Below, one piece after another: positions 18,769 through 28,410 of a stretch of 64,000 nt of DNA. The notes below the pieces were generated by a model that ran no database searches, was not told where the DNA came from, and worked only from the letters and a program-made list of their open reading frames with translations. Both the position numbers and the translations under genes were made by a program. Position 1 is the stretch's first letter; every line of letters begins with the position of its first letter. The DNA is from Acidilobaceae archaeon (GTDB taxonomy: Archaea; Thermoproteota; Thermoprotei_A; Sulfolobales; Acidilobaceae). The stretch spans positions 896,001 through 960,000 of the forward strand of contig JAWAWX010000001.1 of the NCBI GenBank assembly GCA_038897215.1. The letters are read 5' to 3'.

Positions 18769-19107
18769 AGCCTCTCCCTGCTCCCCACAATAGCATCTAG
18801 CCCTATAAATGCTCTAACTATCTCCGTCCCGCTCTAAGCCCTCTCTCCTAGAGCTAGTAGCGCTCCTACCCGGCTACCCTCCGTGGCCACAGGCTAGTCT
18901 AAGCTGGAGTCGAGAGCGCGAGACTTCTCTAGGCTCTCTCACAGAGTTCTCGGAGGGTCTAGCGCTATCCCGCATTTCAGAGTATAGAGATGTAGCGAGA
19001 TGCCTAGAGGCTCCTATTGAGGCTATAGAAGGCTGTGAAGGCGTGCCACGTGCTTCCGAGAGCTTTGCCTAGACGCGTGTCTCGCGTCGCCTGGTTGAGC
19101 GAGCGCT

Positions 19108-19569
19108 CTACGCGTACTTAGCTAGTTCAGGCTTTTCTCTAACCAGCTCTTCCGCAACCTCTCTCGCAACGCTGTCTAAGAGGCTTCTACCGCTCGGGCT
19201 GAGTGTTCTGCCCTTGCCCGGCACCTTGACTACTAGCCTTGCTCTCTCGAGTTGCTGGAGTATCTTTCTCACAGCTGAGCCCCCGCTAGGCTTGAAGTGA
19301 GGCGGGGCTGAGCCTCTTCTCTGCCTCCCACCGTATACTATCCTGAACGCGCCTACTCCCACGGGCTCTCCCGATTTGTAGAGCTTTCTCAGAATAGAGG
19401 CAGCCCTGTAGTACCACCAATCGGGGTCCTGCGGTGGTCTGTCTTTGTGCGGCCCTGTTTTAGCGAAGTACGCCCAGCTAGGCGGCTTTACTTGAGGATA
19501 CTTCTCCTTCAATACTTGAGCTAGTCTTCTGATCAGCCGGTCTGCTGGAACCCACAGAGCTGAAACCAT
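19108..19569 (-). CDS. rps19e: 30S ribosomal protein S19e
   Basis: KTGPHKDRPP, WWYYRAASILRK, RKILQQLE. Confidence 0.97.
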   Translation of the reverse strand: MVSALWVPADRLIRRLAQVLKEKYPQVKPPSWAYFAKTGPHKDRPPQDPDWWYYRAASILRKLYKSGEPVGVGAFRIVYGGRQRRGSAPPHFKPSGGSAVRKILQQLERARLVVKVPGKGRTLSPSGRSLLDSVAREVAEELVREKPELAKYA

Positions 19570-19572
19570 GCC

Positions 19573-19857
19573 TTATCTCCTCTCTGCACTCATAGACCTA
19601 GGCTTATATAGTATGAACGTTCTCCCTCTCACGTCGAGCAGGCGAGCTCCCACAGCTTCACTCACCATCTTGGCTAGCTCTTGTCTAGTAAGTCCTGTAG
19701 AGACTAGTGCTGACTTCAGGATCCGCACTTTAACTACTCCCTTCTTATCGAGTCTACTCTTGATCTCGCTGATGACCCCCTCTGTTAGACCCTGCTTGCC
19801 TATCTGGACGTCGCTAGGGCCGTGTACGCTCTCCGAGACTCTCTTCTTAAAGCTCAC
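19573..19857 (-). CDS. YhbY/CRM-domain RNA-binding protein
   Basis: IGKQGLT, VKVRIL, VRGRTFILYK. Confidence 0.88.
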   Translation of the reverse strand: MSFKKRVSESVHGPSDVQIGKQGLTEGVISEIKSRLDKKGVVKVRILKSALVSTGLTRQELAKMVSEAVGARLLDVRGRTFILYKPRSMSAERR

Positions 19858-20204
19858 TCTAGAGCCCTCTGGTATCTCTTGTACGGACGCCTATGAATGT
19901 ACCCGCAGAGCTTGCATCTAACCACGAGGTAGGAGAAGCGCCTGCTCTGAGACCTGGCTCTAACTGTGCACGTGAGCCCAGGGATTAGGGGAGCTCTGCA
20001 GTTCTTGCAGATAGCTCTCTTCAGACCTCTGGGGAGCCTAACGCCTGCTCTCATAGCTAGAGTGACAGCGTATACTCCCAGCTCTCTGGCTCTCGCGTAG
20101 TCCCCTCTCCTAGCAGCTTCTACAGCCTGAGAGAGTATGATCTTCGCTCTCTGGCAGACTAGGTCTCTAAGCAGCCTCCTGACTTTCGAGGGGCGCTTCT
20201 TCAA
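19854..20204 (-). CDS. rnp4: RNase P protein Rpp21
   Basis: CKNC...LIPG...CKLCG zinc ribbon. Confidence 0.9.
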   Translation of the reverse strand: MKKRPSKVRRLLRDLVCQRAKIILSQAVEAARRGDYARARELGVYAVTLAMRAGVRLPRGLKRAICKNCRAPLIPGLTCTVRARSQSRRFSYLVVRCKLCGYIHRRPYKRYQRALE

Positions 20205-21999
20205 TTCTCCTCAGCTGCCTCCTGTACATCTCAACTATCTCATCCTCTGTGGTAGCGTCTTCTGGACTCTTATCGGGCCTCCATCTGATGAATCTAGGGA
20301 ATCTAATCGAGATCCCCACGTCAGCCTTCACTACATCCAAACCGCAGGTGTGCATTGGCGAGAGAGTCAGCTCTGCTCCAAGTATCTCCGCTACGAATCT
20401 AGGCTCAATCCAGACGTCTGGCTTCAGCTTGCTCACTACTCTAGCGTGCTTGTGGGGGATCACGTAGGGTTTCAGCATCTCGTTCATCTTATCTAGCTCC
20501 TCGTCTGTAAACCCTGTAGCTACCTTGCAGACAGTCTTGAAGACATCTGCTCTCGGGTCGTATGCAGCCATGAGGAGACTGCTGAGCTTCCCTCCGCGCT
20601 TCCCCTTACCATAGAATGCTCCGACAACAACCAGGTCTACGGTGTCTATCATCTCGCTCTTGTAGTCTCTCTTGAATTTAACCCAGAGCCATCCTCTGAC
20701 TCCAGCTGTGTAGACGCTGTTATCGTGTATAGCTTTAATCATCAGCCCCTCTGCTCCCTCGGATATCGCTTCGTAGAAGAAGCTCATTATGCTCGAGGCG
20801 CTATCTGTCACCACGTTTCTGGCTATAGCCCAGTTTTCATCCTCTACTATGATGCTCTCCAGGTACTGTCTCCTCTCTAGGAGAGGTTTGACTGTCAAGT
20901 CTACTCCGTCGACGTAGAGAGCGTCGAAGAGGAACACCTTGACTGGAACTTCTTTCATCACCTTGTCTATCTCGTGCTTCCTCTTCCTCTGCATGAGCTC
21001 CTGGAATGGCTTCAAGTCGCCTGTCTCGGGGTCGTACGCGACTATCTCTCCCTCTATTATGGCTTCTCTAGCTCTGATTCCTCTCCTAGCGTACTCCACG
21101 ACGTCGGGGAACATCCTGGTTATGTTCTCCAGCCTCCTCGAGAATATTCTCACCTCCTCCCCCATCTTGTGTATCTGAGCTCTCTCTCCGTCGTACTTGA
21201 ACTCTACGAGAGCTCTGCCGCCGACTTTCTCCATGACCTCCTCGATGTCTTTGCCTCGCTCTGCGAGCATGGGTCTTATGGGCACGCCAGGCTGGGGCGT
21301 GATGTGCTGAAGAGCACTTACTCCCTCTCGCGCCACGATTTTAGCTATTGCTCCCAAGTCTGCTCTCAGATTGTACGCTCTCTCCACGATAGGCCTGGCT
21401 GATGAGCCTCCACCGAATGCTACAGCTAGAGCGTCTAGTATCGTGGCGTCTCCAACCCCTAGCCTCAGCCTCCCCTCCACGAATCTGACTATGTACTTCG
21501 CCTCGAGAGGCTCGGCGTCAGCAAGAAGCCCGGCGAGCAAGCGGATCTTGACGTCCTTGCTCCCCTCACCCGTAGCCTCTGCTACCCTACGTAGAGTATC
21601 GAAGACTCTCGTCACAGTGAGTTTTCTCTGCTGCCCTCCGACGAAGAGCTCTAGCCCCGAGGGCTTCTGCCTAGACTGCCTAGAGAGCCTCTCAGCCAGG
21701 GACCCCATATCGCCCAGCGATTTGAAGAGCTTCTCTACAGTGTCGACAGACACTCTGTAAGCTTGAGCTAGAGAAGCTAGTAGCATCTTCTCTCCTACGC
21801 CGAGCTCAGGAATATCCATCCAATCGGGGCCCAGCTTGCCCTGGATTAGGTAGACGACCTTGTCTATCACCTCTGGAGGAGAAGCCTTGAAGAGCTTCAC
21901 TAGAATCAGCGCTAGCTGAGTCCTAGCGCTAACTCTCTCCAGACTCTGGAAAACCTCAGCGACCCTAGAGAACTCCATGTCTGCAACCGGCCCGCTCAC
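20167..21999 (-). CDS. lig: ATP-dependent DNA ligase
   Basis: PMLA, EFKYDGER, EGLMIK, RFPRF. Confidence 0.98.
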   Translation of the reverse strand: MSGPVADMEFSRVAEVFQSLERVSARTQLALILVKLFKASPPEVIDKVVYLIQGKLGPDWMDIPELGVGEKMLLASLAQAYRVSVDTVEKLFKSLGDMGSLAERLSRQSRQKPSGLELFVGGQQRKLTVTRVFDTLRRVAEATGEGSKDVKIRLLAGLLADAEPLEAKYIVRFVEGRLRLGVGDATILDALAVAFGGGSSARPIVERAYNLRADLGAIAKIVAREGVSALQHITPQPGVPIRPMLAERGKDIEEVMEKVGGRALVEFKYDGERAQIHKMGEEVRIFSRRLENITRMFPDVVEYARRGIRAREAIIEGEIVAYDPETGDLKPFQELMQRKRKHEIDKVMKEVPVKVFLFDALYVDGVDLTVKPLLERRQYLESIIVEDENWAIARNVVTDSASSIMSFFYEAISEGAEGLMIKAIHDNSVYTAGVRGWLWVKFKRDYKSEMIDTVDLVVVGAFYGKGKRGGKLSSLLMAAYDPRADVFKTVCKVATGFTDEELDKMNEMLKPYVIPHKHARVVSKLKPDVWIEPRFVAEILGAELTLSPMHTCGLDVVKADVGISIRFPRFIRWRPDKSPEDATTEDEIVEMYRRQLRRIEEAPLESQEAA

Positions 22000-22045
22000 A
22001 GAGCCCCCTCCTAGAGAAAATCTAGCACACCAAACCTAAAGGAGA

Positions 22046-22111
22046 GAGGAGCTCGGCGCTTGCACTCCTCGGTCACAGGGGTCCCAGCGCGCGGACTCCT
22101 CACAGCCCCCC
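22046..22111 (-). ncRNA. Possible box C/D sRNA just downstream of tRNA-Leu
   Basis: GGGGGGC/GCTCCTC terminal stem, C-like GTGAGGA, D-like CCGA; internal boxes degenerate. Confidence 0.35.
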
Positions 22112-22139
22112 AGTTACCCAGCCTGACCGCGCAATAGAG

Positions 22140-22227
22140 TGGTGCGGGGGGTGGGATTTGAACCCACGCAGGCCTACGCCATCGGGTCCTGAGCCCGACC
22201 CCTTTGACCAGGCTCGGGCACCCCCGC
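22140..22227 (-). tRNA. tRNA-Leu (anticodon CAG), intronless, CCA encoded
   Basis: GCGGGGG/CCCCCGC acceptor stem, TCGGG-CTCAGGA-CCCGA anticodon arm, long variable arm, GGTTCAAATCC T-loop, ACCA end. Confidence 0.97.
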
Positions 22228-22285
22228 ACTCTACCCTCTAGCTGGTGACCTCTGACTCAACCTTGTGTCTGATATCGAGCCCAAG

Positions 22286-22301
22286 AGCCTTATAAGCTTT
22301 C
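22286..22301 (-). promoter_or_regulatory. BRE-TATA, likely for tRNA-Leu
   Basis: Minus strand AAAAGCTTATAAGG about 60 nt upstream of the tRNA. Confidence 0.55.
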
Positions 22302-22538
22302 AAGCATTAGCAGACTAAACGAGAGCACGCTAAGCAGATGCTCGTTCTCAAGCCTAGATAGCATCCACTAAGAGAGTAGACCGTAACCACTAGCACGATA
22401 ACGCGAGCTCTCCGAAGATTCGAGCCTCCACTAACCCTCCGCAGCTCTAGCCCTATAGTCATCTAAAGCTCCTGAATAGCATCCACTCACAGCACTACGC
22501 TAGAACGTGCCCCTAAAGCAGAGAGAACACAGAAGAGT

Positions 22539-22863
22539 AGCGGAGGCGAGCACCCCCAAAGGTTCGAACAACCAGACCCCCCACCCCCGGGCCCGGTGGG
22601 CTTGGGGGTGTGTTAGAGAAGATAGCTAGAGGAAAGCCTCTATATAGCAGAAGGCCCCACAACCTGCAGGGCTCGGAGGTACTCGAGAACCCAAGGCTCC
22701 AGCATGAGCCGGAGCCCCGGATTCCCGGATACCTCCGGCCTCCTCACGGCTGTGGAGCCTTCTGCTATATAGAGGCTTTCCTCTAGCTATCTTCTCTAAC
22801 ACACCCCCAAGCCCGAGCGGGGGGTCGTGGTCCCCGCGGGCTTTGGGGGTGCTCGCCTCCGCT
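22539..22863. repeat. Large nested inverted-repeat (fold-back) element
   Basis: Perfect 58-bp IR 22598-22655/22757-22814; perfect 23-bp IR 22539-22561/22841-22863; imperfect pairing continues to a 4-nt loop at 22704-22707. Confidence 0.95.
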
Positions 22864-22949
22864 TCTTTTTTGCTTTCTGGGTTAAAGAGGGAATAGGCTG
22901 GTGTTACTGTTTGCTGGTATTTAGCGGCGCTAGTATATAGGGTTTTGTT

Positions 22950-23351
22950 TTAGTATACGTAAGCTATTAGGATGCCGCCTATTCTTCTAGCTATTGCTTC
23001 TTTGTGTGACATCACACCGCGGTCTGTGGAGAGTATGAGTATCCCTATGTCTCTGCTTGCTAGGTACTTCTTCAGGTGGTCTGGCATTCTGAGGAGCTCT
23101 CGGTAGGTCGCAGAGAATCTGGGCTTCACTACTCCGCAGTCGTTCACTCTGCCTAGGAGGTGGACTCTGAACTTGCCGAATCTACCGTCGTCTATGTACT
23201 CGAACTCGCCTATGTATCCTTCTCTCTGCATTACTCTAAGCACGTTGGCTATGAGCTTCGAGGCCGGCATTATTATTGCTTCTCTCTTTCCCCTCATCTC
23301 CGCGTTCTTTATCGTGGCCATCGCGTTAGCTAGAGTGTCTAGCATCACCAC
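22950..23351 (-). CDS. rps8: 30S ribosomal protein S8
   Basis: [33 protein letters not shown]. Confidence 0.97.
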   Translation of the reverse strand: MVMLDTLANAMATIKNAEMRGKREAIIMPASKLIANVLRVMQREGYIGEFEYIDDGRFGKFRVHLLGRVNDCGVVKPRFSATYRELLRMPDHLKKYLASRDIGILILSTDRGVMSHKEAIARRIGGILIAYVY

Positions 23352-23363
23352 GGCTCTCTCACC

Positions 23364-23528
23364 CTAATCGTACTTCTGGAAGCCAAGAGTGTAGGCTATC
23401 TCTCTGAAGCACTGTCTGCACACGAAGAGACCGTATTTCTGTATCACTGCGTCTCTCGACCCGCATCTCTGGCATTTCTGAGCTCCTCTCCCCATGGTTT
23501 TGGGTGTTGGAGGCTTGAATTTACCCAT
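23364..23528 (-). CDS. rps14: 30S ribosomal protein S14, zinc type (below ORF-track cutoff)
   Basis: MGKFKPPTPKTMGRGAQKCQRCGSRDAVIQKYGLFVCRQCFREIAYTLGFQKYD. Confidence 0.97.
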   Translation of the reverse strand: MGKFKPPTPKTMGRGAQKCQRCGSRDAVIQKYGLFVCRQCFREIAYTLGFQKYD

Positions 23529-23539
23529 CTCTCACACCC

Positions 23540-24127
23540 TTACACGAAGGTTACTCCGAAGAGTTGGTTTAAAAGCACCATGGTCTCCTCTCTCGTGACC
23601 ACCTTGTGTCTCCTGGGAGCTCTGGACCTAGCTCTTCTCCTCCTAGCTACCCTCATGCCCGGTCTCTCTATCGTTATGCAGACGTCGAAGCCCCATATGC
23701 CTATCTCCGGGTCGTACTTGACTCCTGGCACTTGGATGTGCTCTTTCACACCGAAGGATATGTTTCCATGCTCGTCTATGCTGGAAGCCTTGAGCCTATA
23801 GCCTACAGCCTCCAGGACTCGCTTCAGCACCTCGAGCGCTTTCTCTCCTCTCAGCGTCACGGTAGCGCCTATGTTCTCTCCTCTCTTTATCCCAAACGCT
23901 TTGATAGTCTTCTTCGCTCTCCTAGGCACAGGCTTTGCTCCAGTAATGGACTCCAATACTTTGAGTGCTTTGAGTAGCCTCTCTCCGCTCTGCCCAACGC
24001 CTATGTTTAGAGTCACCTTAGCTATCCTCGGCTTCCTCATAGGCTGCCTGCTCCAGCTCTCTAGGATCCTGTTGACCTCCTCCTCTGTTAGAGGCAATCC
24101 TTTTTGAAGCATCTGCCCTGAGCTCAC
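23540..24127 (-). CDS. rpl5: 50S ribosomal protein L5
   Basis: [23 protein letters not shown]. Confidence 0.97.
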   Translation of the reverse strand: MSSGQMLQKGLPLTEEEVNRILESWSRQPMRKPRIAKVTLNIGVGQSGERLLKALKVLESITGAKPVPRRAKKTIKAFGIKRGENIGATVTLRGEKALEVLKRVLEAVGYRLKASSIDEHGNISFGVKEHIQVPGVKYDPEIGIWGFDVCITIERPGMRVARRRRARSRAPRRHKVVTREETMVLLNQLFGVTFV

Positions 24128-24891
24128 CTCCAGACGCCCTCCGGTAGGCTTATGAGAGGCTTATCGGAGCCTATCACCATTATGTACTCCAGGATCGTCT
24201 GGAAAGACTGGCCTCTAGCGTCCTCTAGCGTGACTATACTCCTAGCCTTCTTCCAGGCGCTCCACTGTATGCTCTTGACTACTCCGACTCTTCCAACTAG
24301 TCTACCTCCTATGACGATAGCTATAGCTCCCTCTCTGAGAGGAACGTAGCTCTTGATTTCCTGTTCTGGAATAGTTATGAGTAAGCTCGCTCTAGTCTCG
24401 TAGAGAGCTCCCTCTGCTGGTCTCCTCGGATCGCTTACTCTCACTAGTATGTTCCTACCGTCGTGGAGATGGAGCTGAATATGCCCTCCTCTAACGGTAG
24501 ACTTGTCCTCTATCCTGACAATCTTCAGTCTAGCCTCCTCTCTGCTTATGGGGTGAAGCGTTAGGAAGGTTGTGGGAGCGGGGAGAACCCTGTAGGCTTC
24601 TCCAGTCTTAGGTATCTCTAGTACATCCATAGGGCCTATAGGGAACTTGTAGTCTTTCCGCACCACGCCATCGACCTTGAAGTGCCCCTCTGCTATTAGC
24701 TTCCTAGCCTCTCTCGAAGTCTTAGCGTAGCCGAGGAGGTCTCTGACCACGATTAGTAGAGGCAGGCTTCTCTCAATGGGGTGAGGTCCTGGAGAGGGCT
24801 TGACTGTCCACTTGAACTCCTTCCTCTTGATAGGCCACCATGCTGGAGCAGCTAGAGCTTTGAGGTGGCGGCTACCACCGATTCTAGCCAT
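24124..24891 (-). CDS. rps4e: 30S ribosomal protein S4e
   Basis: [20 protein letters not shown]. Confidence 0.97.
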   Translation of the reverse strand: MARIGGSRHLKALAAPAWWPIKRKEFKWTVKPSPGPHPIERSLPLLIVVRDLLGYAKTSREARKLIAEGHFKVDGVVRKDYKFPIGPMDVLEIPKTGEAYRVLPAPTTFLTLHPISREEARLKIVRIEDKSTVRGGHIQLHLHDGRNILVRVSDPRRPAEGALYETRASLLITIPEQEIKSYVPLREGAIAIVIGGRLVGRVGVVKSIQWSAWKKARSIVTLEDARGQSFQTILEYIMVIGSDKPLISLPEGVWR

Positions 24892-24893
24892 AG

Positions 24894-25313
24894 CTATCCA
24901 CCACTCTGACTCTTAGACTGCTCCTCGCTACGGCTTTTAGACCTCCTCTCTATGATCTTCTGCCTCCACTTATCGCTTAGGTCTAGCTCTACTATCATGA
25001 CTTTGCTTGGGTGGATTGGGACGAATCTAGGAGTCCCGTCGGCTCTCTTCACGACTGCTCCCTCCACGTGAATCCTGGCTCTCTTGAGGTCTACCTCGAC
25101 AACCTTGCCCACGTGTCCTCTAAACTTGCCTCTCATTATCATGACTTTATCGTTTACTCTCACGGGGAGATTCCTCACTCCATACTTCTCTCTCAGCTCT
25201 TTGCTAAGAGGAGCTGAGAGAAGCTTGTGTCTAGCGTGTAGAGGGGCTTCGCGAAGAGCTCTCCTCTGTTTTCTAGGCTGAGAGCTAGCTGTCAGCACAG
25301 CCAACTCTACCAC
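24894..25313 (-). CDS. rpl24: 50S ribosomal protein L24
   Basis: [22 protein letters not shown]. Confidence 0.97.
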   Translation of the reverse strand: MVELAVLTASSQPRKQRRALREAPLHARHKLLSAPLSKELREKYGVRNLPVRVNDKVMIMRGKFRGHVGKVVEVDLKRARIHVEGAVVKRADGTPRFVPIHPSKVMIVELDLSDKWRQKIIERRSKSRSEEQSKSQSGG

Positions 25314-25314
25314 C

Positions 25315-25746
25315 TCACACTATCATTGTTGCCAGCTTGGCTATTCTAGGCCACCTCTCGGCTGCCTCCTTGGCTACAGGCCCTCTGATCTCCGTGCCTC
25401 TAGGGCTCCCGTCGGGGTTGACTATGATTGCCGCGTTGTCCTCGAAGGAGACCCAGTAGCCTTCTGGTCTCCTGTAGGGCTTCTTCTGCCTAATTATGAC
25501 AGCGTAGACAACCTGTTTTCTGAGCTGAGGAGTCCCCTTCTTCACAGAAGCTACTACAAGGTCTCCGACTCCAGCATCGGGGACTCTCCTAAGCCTGGTC
25601 TTGACTAGCGGGACGTTTATAATCATGATCTCCTTGGCTCCAGTGTTGTCGGCTACAGCTAGCCTGCTACCTACCTGTAGCCCTGTGCTGACTCTAGTCA
25701 TCGATGTAGTCATAACGTACTTCTTCGTCTTAGCCACTGCTCTCAC
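25315..25746 (-). CDS. rpl14: 50S ribosomal protein L14
   Basis: [24 protein letters not shown]. Confidence 0.97.
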   Translation of the reverse strand: MRAVAKTKKYVMTTSMTRVSTGLQVGSRLAVADNTGAKEIMIINVPLVKTRLRRVPDAGVGDLVVASVKKGTPQLRKQVVYAVIIRQKKPYRRPEGYWVSFEDNAAIIVNPDGSPRGTEIRGPVAKEAAERWPRIAKLATMIV

Positions 25747-26104
25747 CCGCTCTCCTGACTACACCGACTATCGAGAATCTAACAGTCTTCGATATAGGTC
25801 TGCACTCGCCTATAACCACTACGTCGCCCGAGCTTACTCTAATGCAGTCCGGCTTGTGCACGTGAATCTTCCTCCTCCTCTTCTCATACCTCTTGTATTT
25901 GCTATCGTAGTGTAGGTACTCGTGGACGACTACGGCTGTTCTTTGAGCTCTCACCTTCTCCACGACCGCCTCTAAGATCACGCCTCTAATCCTTAGAGTG
26001 CCGTGCCAGGGGCAGTTTTTATCCTGGCATGTAGTCTCGGGGGGCGTTACCCCCGGTATCTTGAGATTCTTGACTGGCTTAGGCGCTGGCACTACACCTC
26101 TCAC
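25730..26104 (-). CDS. rps17: 30S ribosomal protein S17
   Basis: CQDKNCPWHG, KYKRYEKRR, GECRPISKT. Confidence 0.97.
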   Translation of the reverse strand: MRGVVPAPKPVKNLKIPGVTPPETTCQDKNCPWHGTLRIRGVILEAVVEKVRAQRTAVVVHEYLHYDSKYKRYEKRRRKIHVHKPDCIRVSSGDVVVIGECRPISKTVRFSIVGVVRRAGESSG

Positions 26105-26378
26105 CTCTAGCTATCCTCTTAGCTCTCTCGAATGGACTCTCAAGTATGTCGTCTCCCTTCACCAACGCTTTCTCACCGCTAGGTAGCTTGATCTCGAGGA
26201 GCAATCCGGGTTTAAGAAGAGTTATGCGTCTAGCCCCGGTATCTAGGGTTATGCTCCTCTCTGTCTCCCAGTAGACTCTGCCCTGAAGCCCTTCTAGAGT
26301 CGAGTCCGGGTATCTGATCACTCTCGCCTCCAGGCCTATCAGCTCGTGGCATAGAATGTTGTTCAAGGAGATCCTCAC
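26079..26378 (-). CDS. rnp1: RNase P protein Rpp29
   Basis: HELIGL, G.V..ET; conserved slot before S17. Confidence 0.9.
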   Translation of the reverse strand: MRISLNNILCHELIGLEARVIRYPDSTLEGLQGRVYWETERSITLDTGARRITLLKPGLLLEIKLPSGEKALVKGDDILESPFERAKRIARGERCSASA

Positions 26379-26402
26379 AGTCGGCCCACCTCCTGCTTAG
26401 GC

Positions 26403-26618
26403 TCAAGAGCTCTTCTTAGACTCTTCTTCTCTAGTCACTGTGAGGATTCTCGCTATGTTTCTCCGGAGCTCTCTGATCCTAGCTGTCTCTTTGAGAGCTC
26501 CCTGCTTGGCTTTAAGCCTTAGGCTGACTAGCTCTCTCCTATACTGCTCTATGAGCTCTCTCCTCTTCTCTATAGGCATTCCTCTTATCTCCTCGGGCTT
26601 GAGCTTGTACTTAGCCAT
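26403..26618 (-). CDS. rpl29: 50S ribosomal protein L29
   Basis: IRELRRNIARILT. Confidence 0.95.
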   Translation of the reverse strand: MAKYKLKPEEIRGMPIEKRRELIEQYRRELVSLRLKAKQGALKETARIRELRRNIARILTVTREEESKKSS

Positions 26619-27394
26619 TACCTACCCTCCTCCTCTATACTCTCTATGGCTACCTCTGCTTCAGCCTCCTCCTCTACCTCTACTCTGGGAGCGTAGACGG
26701 GAGCCTCGGCTACCATGGGGGCTATGCCTTTCTCGACCATGTATGCTCTGATCTTCTCGAGCTGTGATTGAACCTCTTGAGGCTCCTTGACTCTAACGTA
26801 GTCTGGAGGGGTTCCGGGCTTCGTTATTATTATCTCGACTCCTACTATGCCCTTGGGGAGCCTAGCGTAGGCTACAGCTCTATCTACGAGCATGTCTACT
26901 ACGTGACCGGCCTTGTACACCTTCCCTTCTCTAAACTTCTCGAATCTGGCTCTCTCCGTGGCTAGCTTGCCGCTCACGGTTATCTCTACTCCTAGAGCTC
27001 CGTTAGCCATGATTCGTCTAACCATAGCGAAAGCTATCCTCCTAAAGTGGAAGCCTCTCTCGAGGAGCCTAGCGAACCTGAATGCCTGTATTCTAGCGTT
27101 AAGCTCTATGTTTTCAGGAGTGCTCACTGTAACCTGAGGGTTCTCGAAGCCCATCACTGTCGATAGTGCTTTCTGGAGCTCTCTGATAGTCTGACCCTTC
27201 TTGCCGATTATCAGCGCCGGCCTCTCAGCGTATATGTGTACTCGAGTGCCTAGAGCAGTCTTGGTCACATTTACTCCAGCATAGCCGGCCTCGTAGAATA
27301 CCTGAGCTAGGTACTCGTCGAGCTTAACCTTTGATAGCGATTGCTCTAGAAAGAACTTCTTCAGCTTAGGCGAAGTGCCGCCCAAGCCGTTCAC
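26618..27394 (-). CDS. rps3: 30S ribosomal protein S3
   Basis: KH domain IIGKKG, GVEITVSGKL. Confidence 0.97.
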   Translation of the reverse strand: MNGLGGTSPKLKKFFLEQSLSKVKLDEYLAQVFYEAGYAGVNVTKTALGTRVHIYAERPALIIGKKGQTIRELQKALSTVMGFENPQVTVSTPENIELNARIQAFRFARLLERGFHFRRIAFAMVRRIMANGALGVEITVSGKLATERARFEKFREGKVYKAGHVVDMLVDRAVAYARLPKGIVGVEIIITKPGTPPDYVRVKEPQEVQSQLEKIRAYMVEKGIAPMVAEAPVYAPRVEVEEEAEAEVAIESIEEEGR

Positions 27395-27864
27395 CCTTCT
27401 TCCGAGACGACTACCTCGACGTGACTGGTGACTCTGAACTTGGGGGTAGCTCTGCCGAATGCTCTAGGCATCCATCTCTTCAACGTCATCCCCTTATGTG
27501 AAGCGATATGGATTATCCTGAGCTTCTCTAAGTCTAAGCCCTTGACCTCAGCGTTATTCTCAACGTTCTCCAACAGTTTCAGCAAGTATCTAGCTGCTTT
27601 GACTGGATACCTGCCGATAGGCCAGCCCCACTTGTCGGCTAGACCTCTTCTGTGCGCCTGCTTTCTATAGCTTCTTCTAAAGGGTACTGGCTCCTCGAGT
27701 TCTACCACTCTCTCCAGGTACTTCTTAGCGTCAGCTAACCTCATCCCCTTAAGGACACTACAAACCTCTCTCATCACCTTAGGGTGGACAGGCACATCCC
27801 ACATAACTGCTTTAGCTATCTTGCTCTCATCAGCTAGCTGTATCGAGTAGCTCCATCGAGGCAC
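27391..27864 (-). CDS. rpl22: 50S ribosomal protein L22
   Basis: GRYPVKAA, PRAFGRA. Confidence 0.97.
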   Translation of the reverse strand: MPRWSYSIQLADESKIAKAVMWDVPVHPKVMREVCSVLKGMRLADAKKYLERVVELEEPVPFRRSYRKQAHRRGLADKWGWPIGRYPVKAARYLLKLLENVENNAEVKGLDLEKLRIIHIASHKGMTLKRWMPRAFGRATPKFRVTSHVEVVVSEEG

Positions 27865-27875
27865 TATAGTCCACC

Positions 27876-28325
27876 TTACCCTTTAGCCTCTACGTGGAGA
27901 CTGCTCTTGGTTGCTTTGAGACCGGGCTCTCCGTGCTTGACTATCTTCGTCGTGAGAGCGAACTCTCCGAGATAGTGTCCTATCATCTCGGGGGTCACTT
28001 TTACCTGGACATACTCCTTGCCGTTGTAGACACCAAAAGTTAGTCCCACCATCTCCGGGACTATAGGCATATCTCTAATGTGGGTTTTTATCACGACCTC
28101 CTTGTCGATCCTGCCGTCCATGATAGCCTTCCTTATGCTCCTAATCTTCTCTAGGAACCTCTTCCGCCTAGGGTCGAGTCCTCTCAGTATCCTAATGACG
28201 CTCCTCCTCTGGCGTGATGGGAGAAGCTTGGCGAAATCCTCTAGAGGCATCGATACTATCTCGTCGAAAGCTCTACCTCTGTAAACGAACTTCCTCCACT
28301 CAGGCTTTATCAGCTCCACAGACAT
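27876..28325 (-). CDS. rps19p: 30S ribosomal protein S19 (uS19)
   Basis: [22 protein letters not shown]. Confidence 0.97.
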   Translation of the reverse strand: MSVELIKPEWRKFVYRGRAFDEIVSMPLEDFAKLLPSRQRRSVIRILRGLDPRRKRFLEKIRSIRKAIMDGRIDKEVVIKTHIRDMPIVPEMVGLTFGVYNGKEYVQVKVTPEMIGHYLGEFALTTKIVKHGEPGLKATKSSLHVEAKG

Positions 28326-28410
28326 ACCTAGACCCCCGCGTTCTCCTCTCGGAGCGAGCTTTAAGCCTTATATAGCGAGCTACAGCCGTGACCCTACTCT
28401 AGAAGCCTCT

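Noticed and set aside
18770-19105. ~340-nt gap between rps19e and the PDCD5-like gene
   Set aside because: Only a TATA-like box and short hairpins seen; no supportable ORF or RNA.
22011-22229. 72-aa ORF in the track
   Set aside because: Reads through the tRNA-Leu gene.
22539-22863. Hairpin as SRP RNA, RNase P RNA or 5S rRNA
   Set aside because: Length resembles SRP RNA, but I see no helix-8 motif or RNase P conserved boxes, and long perfect inverted repeats are not features of these RNAs.
22140-22950. Provirus or integrated element at tRNA-Leu
   Set aside because: No integrase and no duplicated tRNA end found in the window.
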